A stretch of DNA of 64,000 nucleotides from Candidatus Saccharimonadales bacterium (GTDB taxonomy: Bacteria > Patescibacteriota > Saccharimonadia > Saccharimonadales > UBA4665). The notes under the pieces were generated by a model. It did not search any database. It saw only the letters and a list, made by a program, of their open reading frames with translations, and was not told the DNA's origin. This document shows, one piece after another, positions 37,874 through 48,040 of this stretch. How positions within the stretch are numbered: the stretch's first letter is position 1; each line of letters starts with the position of its first letter. The position numbers and the translations under genes are program-made. The stretch is from the NCBI GenBank assembly GCA_035247965.1, contig DATFHW010000025.1, positions 510,551-574,550 of the forward strand, given 5' to 3'.

Positions 37874-39297
37874 TTTTTGAGCTCCATCATGCTTTTAATT
37901 TTCAGCGCGTCACGTACGCCTTCAAAATCTTTGTCATCTTTGATTTGCGCCGCCGCCTCCATTACATTTTGCTTGAGCAGCTCTACGCTGATCGCCTCGC
38001 CCTCGTGCGAATTCAAAATAATGTCCAGCATTAACGTTTGGGCGTTCACCGAATAGCGCTCCCCTGGTATCTGGTTGAGCATTTTGTAAAGCATGACGCC
38101 GCGGGCCAAATCCTGCTTGGCGCTCAGTGCTAGTTCTGAACCAAAATGAGCAAATTCCTGGGCCTGCGCATAGGTGGTTAGCGCCTTGAATGTCTGGCCA
38201 GCCAGCTGCTTTTGGCGCGTGCTTTGGCCGCGACCGCCCACGCGAGACACACTCAGGCCCACACTTACCGCTGGACGCATAGTGTCGCGAAAAACATTCA
38301 TATCTAGGATCCACTGGCCATCGGTGATCGACATAATGTTGGTCGGCAAAAACGCCGTAATGTCACCGCTGGCGGCAAACACCAAAGGGATCGCCGTGAG
38401 CGTTTTGTGGTTGCGGCCCAATTTACCGGCGCGCTCCAACAGGCTGGAATGCACGTAAAACATATCACCAGGATACGAGTCGCGACCCGGACTCATGCCG
38501 CTGAGCAGTGCAATTTCACGGTAGGTGTGTGCGTGCGCCGTCAGGTCATCATAAACAATCGCTACGTCTTGGTCAGCTTTTTGCCAGAGGTATTCGGCCA
38601 TCGCGCAGCCTACATATGGTGCCAAATAGCTCATAATTAAAGAGTCGGACATGGTAGACACCACCACAATCGCTTTTTTAAGCGCGTCGTTGGCTTGCAG
38701 GCGGTTCAGTAGCGTGTCCACATCACTGCGGCGTTTTGCAATCAGCACGTACACCGTCACAATGTCGCTGTCTTTCTGATTCAAAACAATCTGTGTTGCC
38801 AGTGTGGTTTTGCCGGATTTTCCATCGCCCAGCATTGCCATACGCTGACCGCGCATCAGCGGGAAGAGCGTATCCACAACCGTTACACCAGTATTAAGCG
38901 CTGCGTCTAATTCCTCACGCTCGTATAATAACGGTGCCGGATTGAATACCGGCCACACGCCGTCGGCCGCAATTGGTCCTTTGCCGTCCAGCGGTTCGCC
39001 CGTTACCGAAACTACGCGGCCCACAAAATCCTTGCCCACTTTGGTGACTAATTTGTCGTACTGCACAACCACCGTCATGCCCACGCGTGCCGTGCGCGTG
39101 CCCAAGTGCAGAACTACCACATGATCTTCATACACGTGATGCACGTAGCCCTTGCTGCCATCTTCAAACAGCACTAACGAATGCAACGTGACTGGCTGCA
39201 AACCCTTCACTCGCACCAAAAATCGGTCCACAGCAATCACTTCACCAACAGGCTTGCCATTGTGCACTAACTGATCAAAGTGCCGATTGTCGCTCAT
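37870..39297 (-). CDS. atpA: F-type ATP synthase alpha subunit
   Basis: Walker A motif GDGKSGKT and the SLLERAGKL / [16 protein letters not shown] motifs. Confidence 0.95.
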
Positions 39298-39824
39298 GCC
39301 TGCTTGCCTCGCAACGATTCCAGCAATAATTCGGTATTTTGGGAAAATTGACTGCGCAAACTGAGGTCAAAAACTTTGTTGGTGGTGCGCACGACGCAAC
39401 CAGCCGCAATAGTCGGCTGCAAGCCAACCTCAAGCAAGGCTAGCGGGTCAATATTGGCGCGCAACCAGCCCACAATTTTAGCGCTAAAACTTGCCGACGG
39501 ATCAGCCGCAAAACTCATATGAATAACAGGGGCAGAGCGGTCAATTTCCTGCAAAAAGTCGCCTAAAGCTTTTCGGTCATTACCTTTCAGCAAATCCTTG
39601 CCATTTTCGCGGCCCAAAGCCTCAAGCATACGGCTGACGCGAGGCATCTCGAACTTGGTCTCACGCCTGATGGCCATCCCGCGCAAAAATTCGTCCAGAC
39701 TCTCTAGCTCCAAACGCAAACGACGCACCTCTACAATGCCAAAAATCAGCGTTGGCAAAACCAGTTGCACCGAAGAACCCGCGGTGGCCTTAGCCTTAGG
39801 CGCCATTGGTAATATCCTCCACAA
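39294..39824 (-). CDS. atpH: F-type ATP synthase delta (OSCP) subunit
   Basis: Positioned between atpF and atpA. Length is about 170 aa. The true start may be the Met at 39806. Confidence 0.7.
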   Translation of the reverse strand: MWRILPMAPKAKATAGSSVQLVLPTLIFGIVEVRRLRLELESLDEFLRGMAIRRETKFEMPRVSRMLEALGRENGKDLLKGNDRKALGDFLQEIDRSAPVIHMSFAADPSASFSAKIVGWLRANIDPLALLEVGLQPTIAAGCVVRTTNKVFDLSLRSQFSQNTELLLESLRGKQA

Positions 39825-40422
39825 TTGCCTGTTTGTGTGTTTCCAGTTCGCTCAAAATGTATTCCAACTGATCATTCAGGTCGATTTGGTTGCCCACCGA
39901 TGCCAAAACATAGTGATTAATAACCTGCGCCATGTTTTCCTCGAACAGCTTAATGCGGCGAGCTTTTTCTTCGGCGATTTCTTTTTCCAGCTGCGCGCCC
40001 ATCTGTTGACGCTGCTCGTCAATGGCCGTTTTGGTTTTTTCAATCGATTCCACGGCCAGCTGCTTGGCGTCGCCAATGGCACTCTCGTAGTTCGTAAAGG
40101 CTTCTTTTAGCTCCTTACTGATTTCTTCCTTCATGTAATCGTTGAGCTGCGACGTTGTCAGACGCAAATCTTGCTGCAAAAACATGGCATTTTCGCCCAA
40201 AATCTTCTCAAAGTGTAAACGACCGCGGTTGCGCAACTCTTCACGGAATTCTTCGTTAAAAATATGTTCTACGTCTTCTTCGGCCGCTTTTTGTGCCGAT
40301 TCGCTGAGGCTAGGACTGCGGCCGGCGCCCCGTCCACGGTGCAGCACAACAATCAGGTATATAAACCCGCATCCTACTACGAAGATGCAACCTAGGATAA
40401 ATAAGAGCCACCAGATTGTCAT
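39796..40422 (-). CDS. atpF: F-type ATP synthase b-like subunit
   Basis: One N-terminal TM followed by a long charged coiled-coil. Positioned upstream of atpH. Confidence 0.7.
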   Translation of the reverse strand: MTIWWLLFILGCIFVVGCGFIYLIVVLHRGRGAGRSPSLSESAQKAAEEDVEHIFNEEFREELRNRGRLHFEKILGENAMFLQQDLRLTTSQLNDYMKEEISKELKEAFTNYESAIGDAKQLAVESIEKTKTAIDEQRQQMGAQLEKEIAEEKARRIKLFEENMAQVINHYVLASVGNQIDLNDQLEYILSELETHKQAIVEDITNGA

Positions 40423-40453
40423 TATATTTCCACCCCGCCTGTAAGCTCAAGCA

Positions 40454-41299
40454 TTATATCTTCAGTAATAAATATACCGCAATTAGGCCAATTATGAAAA
40501 CAATTAACGATATAATTATCACTTGAAACAGGCTGCGCATGATAGATTTTTTAGCTAACGGATTACGACCAATAGAGGTCATGCCGTTGCGTACGCCCGA
40601 GTACAACAAAACACCAGCGACAATCACCGCCAGCAGTAACACCGCAACACTGGCGTAAATGCGCATGGCACTCACTGGTTTGTCGGTAACAATTTGCGCA
40701 GCTTTAGATAAAAACGACGGCACACCCGCAACAGTTGTGTCGGTAGCCTGGTATGCCGGGTTGTGCGCCACGTTAATATTTACGGCGATGCGTCCAATAG
40801 CCACAGTTGTCTCGTGTCCGGCAGAATCTTTGAGCACTGCAGTGCTCTGCGTAGCGCTTTTGCCGTCAAAACTTTGCACGGCTTTGCCCAAAATCGCCTC
40901 GCGTTTAGAATCAGCCTTCATTCCTACGCCATCGAGCGACGACACGGCAACAGTGTCCCCAGCCTGGATCACGCCGTTTTGCGTGCTCACCAGCACACCG
41001 TACTGGCCGTAACTGGCTACGTACACTTGGTCTTGGTTGGCGTTGTTAGTCAAAGAAACTGGCGCGTCGTTTGGCGACACCACCACTCCCAAAATATCAG
41101 TTTCGTCAGTTTGACTAACCGGCACAACTTTGCTGGCATCGCCGTGTTTCAGTTGCACAATGATTCCCTGTTGAATCGAGGTATCGCTCAGGTATCCTTG
41201 TGTAACATTTTGCGCAACAGCTTTGGCCACGAACACCACAAATAGTACAAGCCCTGTCAGGATAAACGTATACTCAACGAACCGCTTGCGTTTAAACAT
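40454..41299 (-). CDS. membrane protein with an N-terminal anchor, an extracytoplasmic domain, and a C-terminal c-subunit-like helical hairpin
   Basis: The C-terminus GVRNGMTSIGRNPLAKKSIMRSLFQVIIISLIVFIIGLIAVYLLL resembles the ATP synthase c loop (ARQP...R) but has no D or E in helix 2. Confidence 0.5.
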   Translation of the reverse strand: MFKRKRFVEYTFILTGLVLFVVFVAKAVAQNVTQGYLSDTSIQQGIIVQLKHGDASKVVPVSQTDETDILGVVVSPNDAPVSLTNNANQDQVYVASYGQYGVLVSTQNGVIQAGDTVAVSSLDGVGMKADSKREAILGKAVQSFDGKSATQSTAVLKDSAGHETTVAIGRIAVNINVAHNPAYQATDTTVAGVPSFLSKAAQIVTDKPVSAMRIYASVAVLLLAVIVAGVLLYSGVRNGMTSIGRNPLAKKSIMRSLFQVIIISLIVFIIGLIAVYLLLKI

Positions 41300-41355
41300 T
41301 ATCTCAAGTATACACGCAAACGGTGAGCGTGCGGAACCTTAAATTATTGTCGTAT

Positions 41356-42504
41356 TTACACTACTATCAGATCGGCGAGCGTGCGAATTGCAGCCACGAC
41401 GTCTTCTTCGGTTGTGTGCCGGCCCATGGTCAGGCGCAGGCTGGCCTGAGCCTCTTGGTCACTGCGCCCTAGAGCGCGCAAAACGTGCGACGGTTCTTCG
41501 TTGCTGGCGCTGCAGGCAGACCCCGCGGCACACATCACATCGGCTTCGTCCAAGGCCATTAGTAGGCGCTCGTTGTCTTGGCCAGGAATTGTAATATGAA
41601 TGTTATTGGGCAAACGCTGGCTTTTTGACCCGTTCAGCTGGGCAGTTGGGATTTTTTGGGCAATTTCGTCGAGCGCCAGCTTTTGCAGGCGCTGCAATCG
41701 TACCGACTCTTGGTGGCGATCTTTTTGCACCAGATCAAGCGCCGTTGCAAGGCCAATAAATCCAGGCACGTTTTCGGTGCCGCTGCGCACACCACGCTCT
41801 TGGCCACCGCCCAAAATTTGTGGTTGCAATCTGACCTTAGCGCTCACAAATAATGCGCCGGTTTGTTTAGGACCATAGATTTTACCTCCGTTAATAGAAA
41901 TAAAATCCGCGCCTAACCGGCTAGCATGAATGTCTAAGTAATTTGCAGCTTGCGCGGCGTCGGTGTGCAGGTAAATTGGCAGTTCCACGCCCCTGGCGCG
42001 ACGATCGCGACGGATTTCTTCCAGCAGCTGGCCAATGTGGCGAATCGGCTGCACGGTGCCAATCTCGTTGTTAGCATACATAATGCTAACCAGCGCCGTT
42101 TGGTCGTTGATAGTCTGCTTTAGCGCGTCCACGTCAATCAGTCCCTGCGGCGTCACGGGTACTTCGCGGCAGTCATATTGATGCGTCGGAGCCAAAACCG
42201 ACTCGTGCTCAATGGCACTCACCACAATATTTGCCTGTGGGTATTGTTGCATAATGCCATTAATCGCGAGGTTGTTGGCCTCTGTTGCGCCGGCCGTAAA
42301 AATTACTTCGCTGGGCCGCGCGCCAAACCAGTGCGCCACTTTTGCACGAGCAGCTTCCAGATCTTTTTTGACTGCTTTGGCGCGCAAATACGTGGCCGAC
42401 GGATTATAAAAATGCTCCCAAAAATACGGCTCCATGGCCGCATGCACCGTTTTGTCCATCGGGGTTGCTGCTGCGTAATCCAGGTAAATCATATTCTTCA
42501 TCAT
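41356..42504 (-). CDS. cysteine desulfurase (class V aminotransferase, NifS/IscS-like)
   Basis: IYLDYAAATP N-terminus, the GGKIYGPKQTGAL PLP-lysine region, and CAAGSACSA with the active-site Cys. Confidence 0.85.
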   Translation of the reverse strand: MMKNMIYLDYAAATPMDKTVHAAMEPYFWEHFYNPSATYLRAKAVKKDLEAARAKVAHWFGARPSEVIFTAGATEANNLAINGIMQQYPQANIVVSAIEHESVLAPTHQYDCREVPVTPQGLIDVDALKQTINDQTALVSIMYANNEIGTVQPIRHIGQLLEEIRRDRRARGVELPIYLHTDAAQAANYLDIHASRLGADFISINGGKIYGPKQTGALFVSAKVRLQPQILGGGQERGVRSGTENVPGFIGLATALDLVQKDRHQESVRLQRLQKLALDEIAQKIPTAQLNGSKSQRLPNNIHITIPGQDNERLLMALDEADVMCAAGSACSASNEEPSHVLRALGRSDQEAQASLRLTMGRHTTEEDVVAAIRTLADLIVV

Positions 42505-42705
42505 ACCACGCTCCCGAGTTTTGCGGGTCCTGCCGCCTCTGTTCGGCTTTCGTCCTCACCACCCAGGCTCGTCGCTGCGTTGCAGAGCGAGCCTGGTCGG
42601 AGTCGGGCTACGCCGAATGTGCGCGAGCCTACTTACTTTTGCGAGGGATATGCCAGCGGCATCATTGCAGAGCTAAAAGTTAGTGGGGCGGGAGCACAAG
42701 CGGAG
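42505..42705. repeat. ~200-bp structured dispersed repeat (MITE-like), copy B, inverted relative to copy A
   Basis: See 35211..35400. The ends also match (GCGGGTCCTGCCGCC versus the reverse complement of GGCGGCAGGACTCGC). Confidence 0.8.
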
Positions 42706-42707
42706 GA

Positions 42708-43070
42708 CTAGGCGACGGCGTAGAGTTCGGTGTTCACACGCTTGTTGTACATGCGTACCGCTTGGTTGAAGCGCTTGGCTTCATCGTACCCAATGTACTG
42801 ATATGGGCGACCATCTTGCGCTTTCAAGATTCCGGTTGGACGAATATCGTATCGAGTAGTAATAGCCTGGCGAATGCCCTGCTGATCAACCCATTCTTCG
42901 TGCCACACCCAGGTGCGGTCATTCAGGCAGAAGAATTCACGACGACCACCAGCAGGAATCGGACCAAACAGCTCGCCGCCAATTTTGGCTTCGCGGCGAA
43001 TTGCTTCGCGGTATTCGCGAGTTCGAGCATCGTCTTGGTTGGTGGTACTAAGCAGCTTGAGCAAGTTCAT
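42708..43070 (-). CDS. hypothetical protein
   Basis: 120-aa ORF. No family recognised. Confidence 0.55.
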   Translation of the reverse strand: MNLLKLLSTTNQDDARTREYREAIRREAKIGGELFGPIPAGGRREFFCLNDRTWVWHEEWVDQQGIRQAITTRYDIRPTGILKAQDGRPYQYIGYDEAKRFNQAVRMYNKRVNTELYAVA

Positions 43071-43414
43071 TACTGCATCTCCACCGTTTGTGTCAAAACA
43101 AAGGCTTCAGGTGATTGGGCAAAAAAGATATCGGATTCGGCTGGAGCGATCTGTTCAGGAACTTCAACGGTTTGCATGGCGGTAGCGCCAGCTGCAACTT
43201 CGGTTGTTGGGTACACTTGGGGAGCCACCTGCGCGACCGCAGGGGCCTGCTCGTCAAACGACATACCAGGAAACTGACCTTGCTGCAAAGCAACATCAAT
43301 TTGCCGTAAAGCACTGTCCAAGATAGCTACGCGTGATCGTGTAGTCTCGGCCGAAAATAATTGCCGCGGGCTACGCTCGCGGTTGCCAAATGGTAGTGGC
43401 ATAAAAGAACCCAT
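43070..43414 (-). CDS. hypothetical protein
   Basis: 114-aa ORF. Its stop is coupled to the downstream gene. Confidence 0.5.
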   Translation of the reverse strand: MGSFMPLPFGNRERSPRQLFSAETTRSRVAILDSALRQIDVALQQGQFPGMSFDEQAPAVAQVAPQVYPTTEVAAGATAMQTVEVPEQIAPAESDIFFAQSPEAFVLTQTVEMQ

Positions 43415-43431
43415 GGTATGTATCTCTCACC

Positions 43432-44253
43432 TTATTCTGTTGAAAACAACTGTCGCGCGTTGCGCGTGGTGGCGTTGGCAAGATTGTCAATCGTATCACC
43501 GCGCAACTCAGCCAAAAATTGGGCTGTTAATCGCACGTGTTGAGGCTCACATATGTTACCACGAACTGCCTTTGGAGTCAAGTAGGGAGCATCGGTTTCC
43601 AACACCATTCTCTCGAGAGGAACGGCTTTTGCGGCTTGCAATTGTGCAGAGTCATTTGTGAACGTCATGATGCCGTTCAGGCCTACATACAGCCCGTGAG
43701 CTAGCACGGGCTGTAGTTCTGCCTCGGTTGCCGTAAAACTGTGGATAACGCCCCGAATCCCGTTAAATTCTTCTAATATGGGCCAAAAATCGTCAAAGGC
43801 GTCACGCACGTGAAAAATCACCGGTAAATTGTGTTTTTGAGCTAATTCCAGCTGGAATCGCAAAATCTGGGCTTGCGCGTCTTTTGGCGAATTTTCGTAG
43901 TAATAATCCAGGCCACATTCGCCAATAGCCACCACGTTTTTGTCTGCGACCAGCACAGTAAATTGAGCAAGCCACCGGGGGTTATCCAAATGTTTTTGTG
44001 CCTCATGCGGATGAATACCAATGCTGGCCCACACCTTTGGCTGATGGCTGGCCAATATAACAGCTTTTTTGCTGTCTTCCAGCGTACAGCCCACGGCCAT
44101 CAGGCGCGTTACGCCAACGTTACGGGCACGCTCAATCAATTCCTGTGGCAACATATTGCCGTTTTTGAGCCAGCGCTTGCGCGTTGGGTCGGTCTCGGCC
44201 TCGGTAACATCGCCAGATTCCTGAATGTGGCAGTGCGTGTCAAAAAATTCCAC
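43432..44253 (-). CDS. TatD family metal-dependent hydrolase
   Basis: FDTHCH N-terminus, GECGLDY, and HSF...D motifs. Confidence 0.88.
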   Translation of the reverse strand: MEFFDTHCHIQESGDVTEAETDPTRKRWLKNGNMLPQELIERARNVGVTRLMAVGCTLEDSKKAVILASHQPKVWASIGIHPHEAQKHLDNPRWLAQFTVLVADKNVVAIGECGLDYYYENSPKDAQAQILRFQLELAQKHNLPVIFHVRDAFDDFWPILEEFNGIRGVIHSFTATEAELQPVLAHGLYVGLNGIMTFTNDSAQLQAAKAVPLERMVLETDAPYLTPKAVRGNICEPQHVRLTAQFLAELRGDTIDNLANATTRNARQLFSTE

Positions 44254-44259
44254 GGTTTT

Positions 44260-45708
44260 CTAGGCCTTTGCGGGCTCGGGCTGATCGTGCTTGGGGAACA
44301 ACGTTCCTTCGGTTGGCTGAATCACACCCTTTTCAAATATGTGCTTAATTTTTTCGGCAGTCTGAGGTAACAGCGGCGTTAGCAGATCAGCAATTTCCAG
44401 CAAACAGCTCACTTGGTACGCCAAAACTTCCTGCAAGTGCTGCTCGTCATTTTCTTTGGCAATCTGCCAGGGCTTTTCTTCGTCAATATATTGGTTGAGA
44501 CCACGGACTTGCTCCCAGATTTCGTCAAAAGCACGGTCAAAGCGGCAGTCTTCAATTGCCCGCGTAACAGGGGCGCTGTCGTGCGATGCCTCTGGAATTT
44601 GGCCAATAATGCCGTTTTGGTACTTCATGATCATGGCGCTGGTGCGCTGCACGGCGTTTCCTAATTCGTTGGCCAGTTCGTTGTTGTAGGCTTTTTCGAA
44701 CAATTCCCAGCTAAAGTCACCGTCGTTGTAGCTTGGAATGTGACGCAAGAAGTAATAGCGGAAGGCGTCAGGGCCGTATTTTTCTACGATCTCGGACGGT
44801 GCAACCACGTTGCCAATGGATTTGCTCATTTTTTCGCCGTTCATGGTGATAAAACCGTGCACGTAGAGCTGCTTTGGCAGTGGCAGGTTCAGGCTTAGCA
44901 GCATGCCAGGCCAGATTGCAGCATGGAAGCGCAAAATGTCTTTGCCGATCACCTGCACACTTGCCGGCCAAAAGTCTTTAAAGTCTTTGTGCTCGGGGTA
45001 GCCTAGCACGGTAATGTAGTTCATCAACGCCTCGAACCACACATACATAACCTGCGTTGGATCGCCCGGCACCGGAATTCCCCACTCCAGCTTGTCTTTG
45101 GGGCGCGAAATGCTGATATCGTCCAGACCTTCTTCTAGCACCGCCAAAATCTCGTTTTTACGAGTTTCGGGCACAATGCGAAACGCACCAGATTGAATTG
45201 CTTCGCGAATTTGGTCGGTGTAATTGCTCAGCTTAAAAAAGTAGTTTTCTTCCTTCAGTTTTTGGTAGGCCTGCGGGTGCTCCGGATTCATGCGAGTCGG
45301 ATCTGCCTTGGCCTCGGGCACAAATTCCTCTTCTTTAACGTCGTACCAACCAGTGTAGCTGGACTTGTAGATGTCTTTTTCGAGCGCTTTCCAGATCAGT
45401 TGCGCACGCTGTTCGTGCGGCTTGTCGGTGGTGCGAATAAATCGGTCATTACTAACATTTAGCAACTTGCCTAGGTCGCGAAATTTTTGGCTAATTTCGT
45501 CCACAAAAGCTTGCGGTTTAACCCCGGCGGCCAGCGCTTTTTCGGCAATTTTGGTACCGTGTTCGTCGGCGCCGGTGCTAAATATGGTGGCCTGCCCTTT
45601 TTGACGAGCGGCGCGAGCCAGAACATCGGCGGCAATCAGCTCCATTCCAAATCCAACGTGCGGATCAGCGTTTACATACGGAATAGAAGTGGTTACATAA
45701 AAATTCAT
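44260..45708 (-). CDS. metG: methionine--tRNA ligase (short form)
   Basis: PYVNADPHVGF (HIGH-type) and KMSKS motifs. Confidence 0.93.
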   Translation of the reverse strand: MNFYVTTSIPYVNADPHVGFGMELIAADVLARAARQKGQATIFSTGADEHGTKIAEKALAAGVKPQAFVDEISQKFRDLGKLLNVSNDRFIRTTDKPHEQRAQLIWKALEKDIYKSSYTGWYDVKEEEFVPEAKADPTRMNPEHPQAYQKLKEENYFFKLSNYTDQIREAIQSGAFRIVPETRKNEILAVLEEGLDDISISRPKDKLEWGIPVPGDPTQVMYVWFEALMNYITVLGYPEHKDFKDFWPASVQVIGKDILRFHAAIWPGMLLSLNLPLPKQLYVHGFITMNGEKMSKSIGNVVAPSEIVEKYGPDAFRYYFLRHIPSYNDGDFSWELFEKAYNNELANELGNAVQRTSAMIMKYQNGIIGQIPEASHDSAPVTRAIEDCRFDRAFDEIWEQVRGLNQYIDEEKPWQIAKENDEQHLQEVLAYQVSCLLEIADLLTPLLPQTAEKIKHIFEKGVIQPTEGTLFPKHDQPEPAKA

Positions 45709-45790
45709 ACTATCAGTCTACCTGCTTATGGAAGTGTTGTAAAAGTTTAGAAAAAGAAAAATTAAGCCCGCGGGGGCATCATACGCATAG

Positions 45791-45822
45791 AAAAAAGTGG
45801 CGCGATATGTTTCATCACCACT
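45791..45822 (-). terminator. rho-independent terminator at the distal end of block C
   Basis: On the minus strand: AGTGGTG...CGCCACT followed by TTTTTT. Confidence 0.45.
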
Positions 45823-46130
45823 TACTATACTATGTTTAGCTGGTTGTTGCTAGTTCCCTTTCGTCGTCTCACGAGCTCGTATCCTTCGGATAGGAGCCGG
45901 ATTTCTCGGAAAATGTACAAATATGTAAACACATTTGTCCGCTTTCCTGCGAAATCCACTCATCGGTGCAACTATGCGTTTGCAGAGGGACAAACAAACA
46001 GAACGGCACAGAATCAAACAGAGGGACATGGCTGGCGGCCACATACAACGCATCTGTTTCTGCATCATTCTGCCTGTTTGTACGCTCGGTTGAGTGGACG
46101 GCTAGATCAGTTCAGGCGACGGCGTTCGGG

Positions 46131-46760
46131 TCAGCGACCGATGGGGTAGAACTCGCGGTGGATGCGGTCGAGCTGGTCCAGCGTGATGGTCATGTCGATG
46201 AAGCCGGGAAGAACCAGCGCGAACTCAGGGATGGCAGCGTTCTGCTTGTAGAACCTCTTGATCGACGGCGAGTACATGACCATGACGGCCAGCACCGCGT
46301 CGCGGTTGTAGATCTGGTCCAGCGGGGTGAGGGTGATCTCCTCGACGGAGCGCTTGTCGAACATGAGCGAGCCGGGGATGCCCGTGGCGGCGCGGAAGGC
46401 GCGCAGGAACGTGCCGTAGACGGCCGGCTTCATGACGTCGACCGCGCTGTTGCGGATGGAGTCGTTCTGCACGGTGGGACCGTAGCCAGCCATGGCCGAC
46501 AGCAGCCAGACCAAGTTGAGTCGCGCCGCAGAGTCCAGAGCGCCGTGAACGGCCTCCGCCATCTGGCGGGTGTTGGTGAACTTCTCGGGGAGCGAGTCGG
46601 CGCTGGTGCGCTGCTCAGGGGTCGCGGGCTGTACGGCCGAGGTCTCGCGACGGAGCCACGGGTTCCTCAGGGTCTTGCGCGCCAGGAAGGCGAACAGGAC
46701 GATGAGCACGACGGCACCGCCAATGAGCCAGGGATACAGCTCGGGCTGGATCGAAGACAT
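46131..46760 (-). CDS. block C protein (209 aa) with an N-terminal TM and a soluble domain of unknown function
   Basis: Internal ATG of track ORF 46131..46859. The GC-rich part starts here. MSSIQPELYPWLIGGAVVLIVLFAFLARK... Confidence 0.65.
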   Translation of the reverse strand: MSSIQPELYPWLIGGAVVLIVLFAFLARKTLRNPWLRRETSAVQPATPEQRTSADSLPEKFTNTRQMAEAVHGALDSAARLNLVWLLSAMAGYGPTVQNDSIRNSAVDVMKPAVYGTFLRAFRAATGIPGSLMFDKRSVEEITLTPLDQIYNRDAVLAVMVMYSPSIKRFYKQNAAIPEFALVLPGFIDMTITLDQLDRIHREFYPIGR

Positions 46761-46963
46761 GACAGGATCTCTTTCTCTCGCTTGAACGACAAAGCCGTTT
46801 CTCCAAACGTCGGAGAATGATGTGTGATTCTGTAACACACGGCTAAAGCGAGTACCCAATTCACCTCTGTTATAAGGTGCGCTCGGTACTCACTTTAAAC
46901 CGATGTTCTGTTTGTTAAGGCGGCAGTGGAAAATACCTATAAGTCTCTCCAAAGCCACGTAAT

Positions 46964-46992
46964 ATAATACCATAAATGCAACAAAAAAGCAA
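46964..46992 (-). promoter_or_regulatory. promoter TTGCTT-N17-TATTAT (minus strand)
   Basis: The plus strand shows ATAATA at 46964-46969 and AAGCAA at 46987-46992. A structured leader of about 190 nt follows. Confidence 0.45.
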
Positions 46993-47016
46993 TGCTTATG
47001 ACTACTTTTATGCACT

Positions 47017-47040
47017 AAAAAACAGCCCAAAAATGGCTGC
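47017..47040 (-). terminator. rho-independent terminator (linker copy 1)
   Basis: On the minus strand: GCAGCC-attttt-GGGCTG followed by TTTTTT. Homologous to 47997..48020. Confidence 0.7.
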
Positions 47041-47056
47041 AAATTATAGGGTGATG

Positions 47057-47070
47057 CTTTGAGAAGAAGT
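47057..47070. repeat. 14-nt cassette-boundary inverted repeat (CTTTGAGAAGAAGT)
   Basis: One mismatch to the reverse complement of 47879-47892. Confidence 0.6.
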
Positions 47071-47147
47071 TGGTTTGAAAGAGATCGAGCCGAGGCGGCC
47101 AGCGTGAGCATGAAGCTCCGAGCTGGCCGCCAACAGGCGTGAGTGGA

Positions 47148-47414
47148 TCAGAGGTGTGTGGCGTACAGGTACGTCGTGGCCACGAGTGATCCCAGAGGAA
47201 GCAGCAGCAGGCACGCGCCCAGCTTGGTGGACCGACGAACCCACAGCATCGCGGCGACAACGATCAGCATGGTGATACCGAGCATCGCGGTGGCGAGTGC
47301 CGTGTAGTGGGGGTGAAGCCAGAACTTCCAGATGATGCCAGCCGTGAGGGCCAGAATCTTCAGGGTGGTCTTGGCCCACCAGCGCGGCGTGAGGTCTTCG
47401 GCGTTGTTGCTCAT
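47148..47414 (-). CDS. block C membrane protein (88 aa, 3 TM)
   Basis: Track ORF. GGGGGGA lies upstream of the ATG. Confidence 0.7.
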   Translation of the reverse strand: MSNNAEDLTPRWWAKTTLKILALTAGIIWKFWLHPHYTALATAMLGITMLIVVAAMLWVRRSTKLGACLLLLPLGSLVATTYLYATHL

Positions 47415-47453
47415 GGTCCCCCCGTACAGTAGGTGATGGTCAATGCGGGAAGG

Positions 47454-47804
47454 TCAGCGGGCGTTGAGCCACGGGATGAACAGTGTCAGGTGGCCGGCGG
47501 TGATGCCGAGCAGGAAGACAGCGCAAGTGAGCGTGAGGCGTCCTACGACGACCAGGTCGCGGCGGTTCGCGAAGCTTCGAATGATGTAGTTGCCGGCGGT
47601 GATGCCTGTAAGGCTCAGGACGCCCAAGACCAGGAGCACGTCGCGGCCGTACGTCATGTTGCGGTAATGCATGTCCAGGTTGAGCTCGCGCTGGCTGAAG
47701 CCAACGGCAGAGTCCCAGCCAACGGCGTAGCCGAGGGCGAGCACCAGGCCATAAGCCAACAGAACAGCAAGAAGCTTGCGCGATTCGCGGAATGCGATGT
47801 TCAC
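47454..47804 (-). CDS. block C membrane protein (116 aa, about 4 TM, GTG start)
   Basis: Track ORF. GC3-rich. Confidence 0.65.
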   Translation of the reverse strand: MNIAFRESRKLLAVLLAYGLVLALGYAVGWDSAVGFSQRELNLDMHYRNMTYGRDVLLVLGVLSLTGITAGNYIIRSFANRRDLVVVGRLTLTCAVFLLGITAGHLTLFIPWLNAR

Positions 47805-47878
47805 GTTATCTCTCTTTCGTGCGACACGTTTCTAGGGGTAGTGCTACAGGGCATTACGGCGTAGAACGCGGTATCACA

Positions 47879-47892
47879 ACTCCTTCTCAAAG
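47879..47892. repeat. 14-nt cassette-boundary inverted repeat (ACTCCTTCTCAAAG; carries the SD on the minus strand)
   Basis: Exact reverse complement of 48041-48054. Confidence 0.65.
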
Positions 47893-47923
47893 GTCGTGCT
47901 CTCTGGTTGAGAACAGAATCTAT

Positions 47924-47952
47924 ATTATACCACTTATTCATTAAAAATGCAA
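47924..47952 (-). promoter_or_regulatory. promoter TTGCAT-N17-TATAAT with extended -10 (minus strand)
   Basis: The plus strand shows ATTATA at 47924-47929 and ATGCAA at 47947-47952. Confidence 0.55.
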
Positions 47953-47996
47953 TTTTAGCGTAAGCAGTAAGGCCGGGATAAAAAATAAAAATCATC

Positions 47997-48020
47997 AAAA
48001 AACAGCCCCAAATGGGGCTG
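47997..48020 (-). terminator. rho-independent terminator (linker copy 2)
   Basis: On the minus strand: CAGCCCC-attt-GGGGCTG followed by TTTTTT. Confidence 0.75.
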
Positions 48021-48040
48021 CAAAAATTACAGGGGTGGTG

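Noticed and set aside
45966-46820. 284-aa plus-strand ORF, and the 363-aa ORF at 51379..52470, opposite the block C and block D genes
   Set aside because: These are shadow ORFs of the GC-rich minus-strand genes. They have no RBS, their sequences are low in complexity, and the minus-strand genes have a promoter, an SD and a terminator in the right places.
46761-46859. Longer start (TTG at 46859) for the 209-aa block C protein
   Set aside because: The N-terminal extension is AT-richer leader-like sequence with stable hairpins. The TTG sits 2 nt from the GAGGTG. The ATG at 46760 coincides with the jump in G+C content.
47805-47880. 7-codon upstream ORF (GTG ATA CCG CGT TCT ACG CCG TAA) just after the SD in the leader of the 116-aa gene
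   Set aside because: The GTG lies only 2 nt from the SD core. The ORF is very short, and no second copy exists to show conservation. It is noted only as a possible leader peptide.
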